This document shows positions 60,606 through 64,000 of a stretch of DNA of 64,000 nucleotides, one piece after another. Below the pieces are notes generated by a model. The model saw only the letters and a list, made by a program, of their open reading frames with translations, ran no database searches and was not told the DNA's origin. The position numbers and the translations under genes are program-made. The stretch's first letter is position 1. Each line of letters opens with the position of its first letter. Source of the DNA: Candidatus Binataceae bacterium (GTDB taxonomy: Bacteria > Desulfobacterota > Binatia > Binatales > Binataceae); the NCBI GenBank assembly GCA_963752805.1, contig CAVWAA010000027.1, positions 947-64,946 of the forward strand. Direction: 5' to 3'.

Positions 60606-62264
60606 TCAGAAGTGCTGCGGGCTGAATCGGCCGGTCTTTTCGCAGATAGCGCGAATTCTCGCTGCGCGCTCGCACCTACGGGGATCGTTCATGCTCGTTT
60701 CGACCTCGAACGGCAACCGCCAGCTCCAATTCGCATCGCTGATGGTTCCGGGGAGATTGATTCGGGCATCGCAACCAAAAAGATCCTGGATCGGCGTCAC
60801 GACCAGGCGCGCCGGCGATGCGTACACCCACTCCAGAATGGCATCGAGCGCGGGCTCGTCGAGCGCGGGACCGGTGCAGTCCGCGTGAGTGGCGAAGCTC
60901 AGGGCTTCCATCAACCGCCTCCGCTCGGCCTCGCTGATCGTCGCCCACCATTCGACCAGTGTATCGGTGTCGTGCGTGCCGGTCGTCGCCAATGACACCA
61001 AGGGGTAATCCGCCGGATTAACGAAACGCACGTCAGCGCTTGCGTCAGAGGACTGGTGTTTTTCCCAGCGCATCACCTTGTAACCTGGGATTGCGAGTGC
61101 AGCCAGGGTGTCTCGCACGAACTGCGGAATCACGCCAAGGTCTTCGGCCACAATTTGCATTGGACCAGCCTCCTCAAGCACGATTCGCATAATTTCTTCG
61201 CCTTGGGCACGTTGCGCTGTTTCTGTCGCCGGCTCAAACTCGCCGCCAACTTCGTCACCAAGCCAATAGCCGTAAGTGCGATAGAGCCCGACTACGTGGT
61301 CGATGCGCAACACATCGTAAAGTTCACGGCCATGGCGGACGCGCATCCGCATGAAATCGAAATTGCAGGCGCGCATCCGCTCCCAATCGGGCATTGGCAG
61401 GCCCCAACGCTGGCCGACGGGCGAAAAGGCATCAGGCGGCGCGCCGACCGCACGGGTGAGGTCGAACAGTTCGCGATGCGCCCACACTTCCACGCTTTCG
61501 CGGCCGGGCGAGAAGGCAAGATCGCCGCCAAGGAGGACTCCCCAACGCCGCAGGTGATCGCGCATTCCCTGCCATTGCTGATGCGCAAGGAATTGCACGT
61601 ACTTAAGCATCGTGATGCGATCGGCCAGCAAGCGGGAAGCCTCTCTCAGGGCTTTTGATCGGTGGTTCCTTAGAGGCGGCGGCCAATCCTCCCATCCAGC
61701 TCCGTGGAACTTTTCTTTAAGCGCCCGGAAAAGCGCGTAATCGTCGAGCCAACCACGCTCCAGCTCGACAAACTCCGCGTATCGGTCACGCAATGCCCGA
61801 TCAGCGCCAGATTTGAAATATTGATAAGACCCGAGCAGCAGTTCGCCTTTGAGCGCTCTCAGCTTTAGTTGATCGACTGGATTGTCGTTACGCAACGCCG
61901 CCCGCGCCGCATCACAATCAGCCTGGGCGATGCCCGGCAGCAGGCTGAGCGAAAGATAGATCGGGTCAAGGGCGAATACACTGAGTGCGCTGTACGGACT
62001 GGTTTCGCCGGGTGCCACTTCGTCAATCGGCAAGAGCTGAAGTAACCGATGGCCCATCGCGAGTGCCATCTGCCCCATTGGAAGCAGTCCGCCGAATTCG
62101 CCGCGTCCGAAATCCTCGGACGAGCGGATCGAAAACAGCGGGATCAAAATCCCCGCACAACGAGCAATCATTATGCCTTCCCGCCCAGCATTCAGCTCTT
62201 TCGGCGGCACCTGCACCGTTACATCAAGCTGGTACAGACGCGGATGCCGATGGTGCCCGCTCAT
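60606..62264 (-). CDS. malQ: 4-alpha-glucanotransferase (amylomaltase)
   Basis: GILIPLFSIRS..., SPYSALSVFALDP, LRIDHVVGL, VAEDLGVIP and TGTHDTDT motifs of GH77; the true start may be the internal ATG at 62168. Confidence 0.87.
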   Translation of the reverse strand: MSGHHRHPRLYQLDVTVQVPPKELNAGREGIMIARCAGILIPLFSIRSSEDFGRGEFGGLLPMGQMALAMGHRLLQLLPIDEVAPGETSPYSALSVFALDPIYLSLSLLPGIAQADCDAARAALRNDNPVDQLKLRALKGELLLGSYQYFKSGADRALRDRYAEFVELERGWLDDYALFRALKEKFHGAGWEDWPPPLRNHRSKALREASRLLADRITMLKYVQFLAHQQWQGMRDHLRRWGVLLGGDLAFSPGRESVEVWAHRELFDLTRAVGAPPDAFSPVGQRWGLPMPDWERMRACNFDFMRMRVRHGRELYDVLRIDHVVGLYRTYGYWLGDEVGGEFEPATETAQRAQGEEIMRIVLEEAGPMQIVAEDLGVIPQFVRDTLAALAIPGYKVMRWEKHQSSDASADVRFVNPADYPLVSLATTGTHDTDTLVEWWATISEAERRRLMEALSFATHADCTGPALDEPALDAILEWVYASPARLVVTPIQDLFGCDARINLPGTISDANWSWRLPFEVETSMNDPRRCERAARIRAICEKTGRFSPQHF

Positions 62265-62306
62265 TAAGTAGCCTGGGCCAAACCTCCAGTCTTTCAGCCG
62301 AGGGGA

Positions 62307-62651
62307 TTACTTTTGCGTCTTGGCTTCTTTGAGCTGGCGCTTCCAATCGAGGCGTCGCGCCTCAGCACCTGCGGCCTCAGCTTCTTTTATCATGCCTTTT
62401 TTCTGGTAAAACATGCTGAGATTGGTGAAGGCGAGAATATCCTCTGGTTCCTGCTCAATATAACGCTTGGTTAACTTAATTGCTGCATCAAGGTCGCCTT
62501 TAGCCTGATAGCACATCGATAGTCCATGAACCGCGTCGGTGAATTTCGGATCGACTTCCAGCGCCTGCGTGTAAAGCGCGATCGCGTCGTCATATTTCTG
62601 GTCGGCGTACAGATCGATAGCTTCGTCGTAAAGCTCTTCCTTATCAGGCAT
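62307..62651 (-). CDS. small TPR-repeat protein
   Basis: ATG 62651; three TPR-like repeats (YDDAIALYTQALEVDP..., GDLDAAIKLTKRYIEQEP...). Confidence 0.7.
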   Translation of the reverse strand: MPDKEELYDEAIDLYADQKYDDAIALYTQALEVDPKFTDAVHGLSMCYQAKGDLDAAIKLTKRYIEQEPEDILAFTNLSMFYQKKGMIKEAEAAGAEARRLDWKRQLKEAKTQK

Positions 62652-62828
62652 AAAGGGCCTCCGCGGGAGCGAACTAAACTCAGATTGATGTCCCCTCTGA
62701 TCAGTCAACCTCAATAACTGAGGTTTGCCAAGCACCATCTAAGCCAGCGCATTTTTCTGCTGCCCTGTCTTTGCCCATCGAGATGGAATACCGACTCCGC
62801 TAAGATATAGTTTAACGCCTATACCTCT

Positions 62829-63131
62829 ATGCTAACGGAAGAAGAGATTTACGAAGTTCTCAGGGAATGCTACGACCCTGAGATTCCAGTTAATATCGTC
62901 GATTTGGGCTTGGTCTATGGTGTTGCGGTTGAGCACGCCACGGTCAACGTGCAGATGACGTTAACCGCGCCCGGATGTACCATGGGCTCAATGATCGCGA
63001 CCGAGGTTGAGGACAAGCTGCTGGGGCTGCCCGACTGCGAGCGCGCCAATGTGGAAATCGTCTGGGAACCGCCGTGGACGCCGCATCGAATGAGCGAGGC
63101 CGCGCGCAAGCAGCTTGGAATCGAAGATTAG
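62829..63131 (+). CDS. DUF59 / SufT-like metal-sulfur cluster assembly factor
   Basis: 100 aa; EVLRECYDPEIPVNIVDLGLVYGV...TLTAPGC motif. Confidence 0.8.
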   Translation: MLTEEEIYEVLRECYDPEIPVNIVDLGLVYGVAVEHATVNVQMTLTAPGCTMGSMIATEVEDKLLGLPDCERANVEIVWEPPWTPHRMSEAARKQLGIED

Positions 63132-63152
63132 CGGTGTCCTGGCGCCGAGGTT

Positions 63153-63531
63153 CTAGCCTTCGGATACTTGGGTACCCTGTGCTGAGACCATCATCCAGTG
63201 GTCTTGAGCTTCGACGTAGACGTGCGTGTAGCGGCTTTTGACGGTGACGGCAGTCTCCTCGAACCGCACCCGCATCTCGGTCCGCCCGATAACAATCGCG
63301 GTTGACCCGTAGCGGCGCACATGCTCATCAACAGGGGTAATTGACTCGAACTTGAGCTGGCCCGATCCAACCAGCTCCACAATCGCCGTTTTCGGTACCT
63401 TCCTGTCCTCTCATCACATCGATCAGGATGAAATCGTCGGCGAGCAGCCGGTTGAGTCCATCGCGGTTGCCATCGGTCAGCGCTTTGAAGAATTCTCGGT
63501 CCGCCGCGAGCGCACCTGATGTATCGCTCAT
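63153..63531 (-). pseudogene. DUF4440 / SnoaL-like (NTF2 fold) protein split by one frameshift near 63395
   Basis: N-half MSDTSGALAADREFFKALTDGNRDGLNRLLADDFILIDVMRGQE (ATG 63531) and C-half ...VPKTAIVELVGSGQLKFESITP...YTHVYVEAQDHWMMVSAQGTQVS lie in adjacent frames; junction at CAGGAAGGTACC. Confidence 0.7.
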
Positions 63532-63560
63532 GCTGATTTGGCTCTGCGATGCCGGGATAG

Positions 63561-64000
63561 TCAGGGATCGACCAATACCCCTGGGTTGAGAATTGCATTC
63601 GGATCGAACGCGCGTTTGGCCGCGGTGAGGGCGCGTGCGAAGCCCTCGGGCCGCTGCCGATCGTACCATCGCCGATGGTAGCGCCCGACCGCATGATGGT
63701 GCGTGATGGTGCCGCCGAGCCTGATCAATTCGTCCGAAACGGCCGCCTTAATCTCGTCCCATTGCTCTAGTTCTGAGCCGCGCCGCCCGGGTGCCAACAC
63801 CGTGTAGTAGGGCGCTGGCCCGTCGGGGTAAGCGTGCGTGAAGCGCACCGTCACCGTACCTGCGCCGCAGATTGTCGTGACCATCCGCCGCGCGGTCTCC
63901 ATCAGGCTGTTGTGAAAATTCTCAAACCGGTCCCACGTAATTGCGGTCTCGAACGTATCGCTTACCATTCCCATTGCGGCGACCGTATCCATCAGGTAGG
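63561..64000 (-). CDS. FAD-linked oxidase, C-terminal domain (partial, runs off the window)
   Basis: C-terminus ...GGTITHHHAVGRYHRRWY...FDPNAILNPGVLVDP-stop is typical of the FAD-oxidase_C / GlcD-ADPS family; the frame is open to the window edge. Confidence 0.75.
   Translation of the reverse strand, partial: YLMDTVAAMGMVSDTFETAITWDRFENFHNSLMETARRMVTTICGAGTVTVRFTHAYPDGPAPYYTVLAPGRRGSELEQWDEIKAAVSDELIRLGGTITHHHAVGRYHRRWYDRQRPEGFARALTAAKRAFDPNAILNPGVLVDP

Noticed and set aside
1-64000. Scan for tRNA, rRNA, tmRNA and CRISPR arrays
   Set aside because: No T-loop-like GGTTCGAATCC contexts outside coding regions, no rRNA-like conserved blocks, and no regularly spaced short repeats were seen by eye. 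Absence should be confirmed with tRNAscan-SE, Infernal and a CRISPR finder.

Overview
A 64-kb stretch of high-GC bacterial chromosome (GC judged by eye; taxon not assignable from this window). Most of it is ordinary housekeeping and metabolic genes: etfBA, IclR regulator, lon, recN-nadK, metH, HtrA/DegP, SDR-thiolase-DUF35 cluster, CoA-transferase/aminotransferase/hydrolase cluster, ClC channel, hydantoinase, gmd, malQ. I found no rRNA, tRNA or CRISPR array. Two segments look accessory. (1) 44582-49464 is a 4.87-kb IS1595-family transposon. It has perfect 23-bp terminal inverted repeats and an 8-bp target-site duplication (GAAATTAG). Besides the transposase it carries passenger genes: a small basic ORF, a wHTH-like hypothetical, a NYN/LabA RNase-fold protein and an AIPR (abortive-infection family) protein. 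This is the best candidate for an undescribed mobile defence-like module. (2) 19061-28013 is an ~8.8-kb islet bracketed by ~186-bp direct repeats (~95% identical). It contains three tandem paralogs of a zinc-ribbon / class III nucleotidyl cyclase / AAA(STAND-like) ATPase / TPR protein: two full-length but heavily frameshifted copies and one TPR-only remnant. A MITE-like 23-bp inverted-repeat element lies between the two full-length copies. Across the whole window there are at least 20 frame disruptions, concentrated in accessory genes but also hitting lon, while long core genes are intact. This means either real pseudogenisation or local assembly/sequencing error, and the sequence alone cannot decide. 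All family assignments come from reading the translated ORFs against remembered family motifs; no database search was run.
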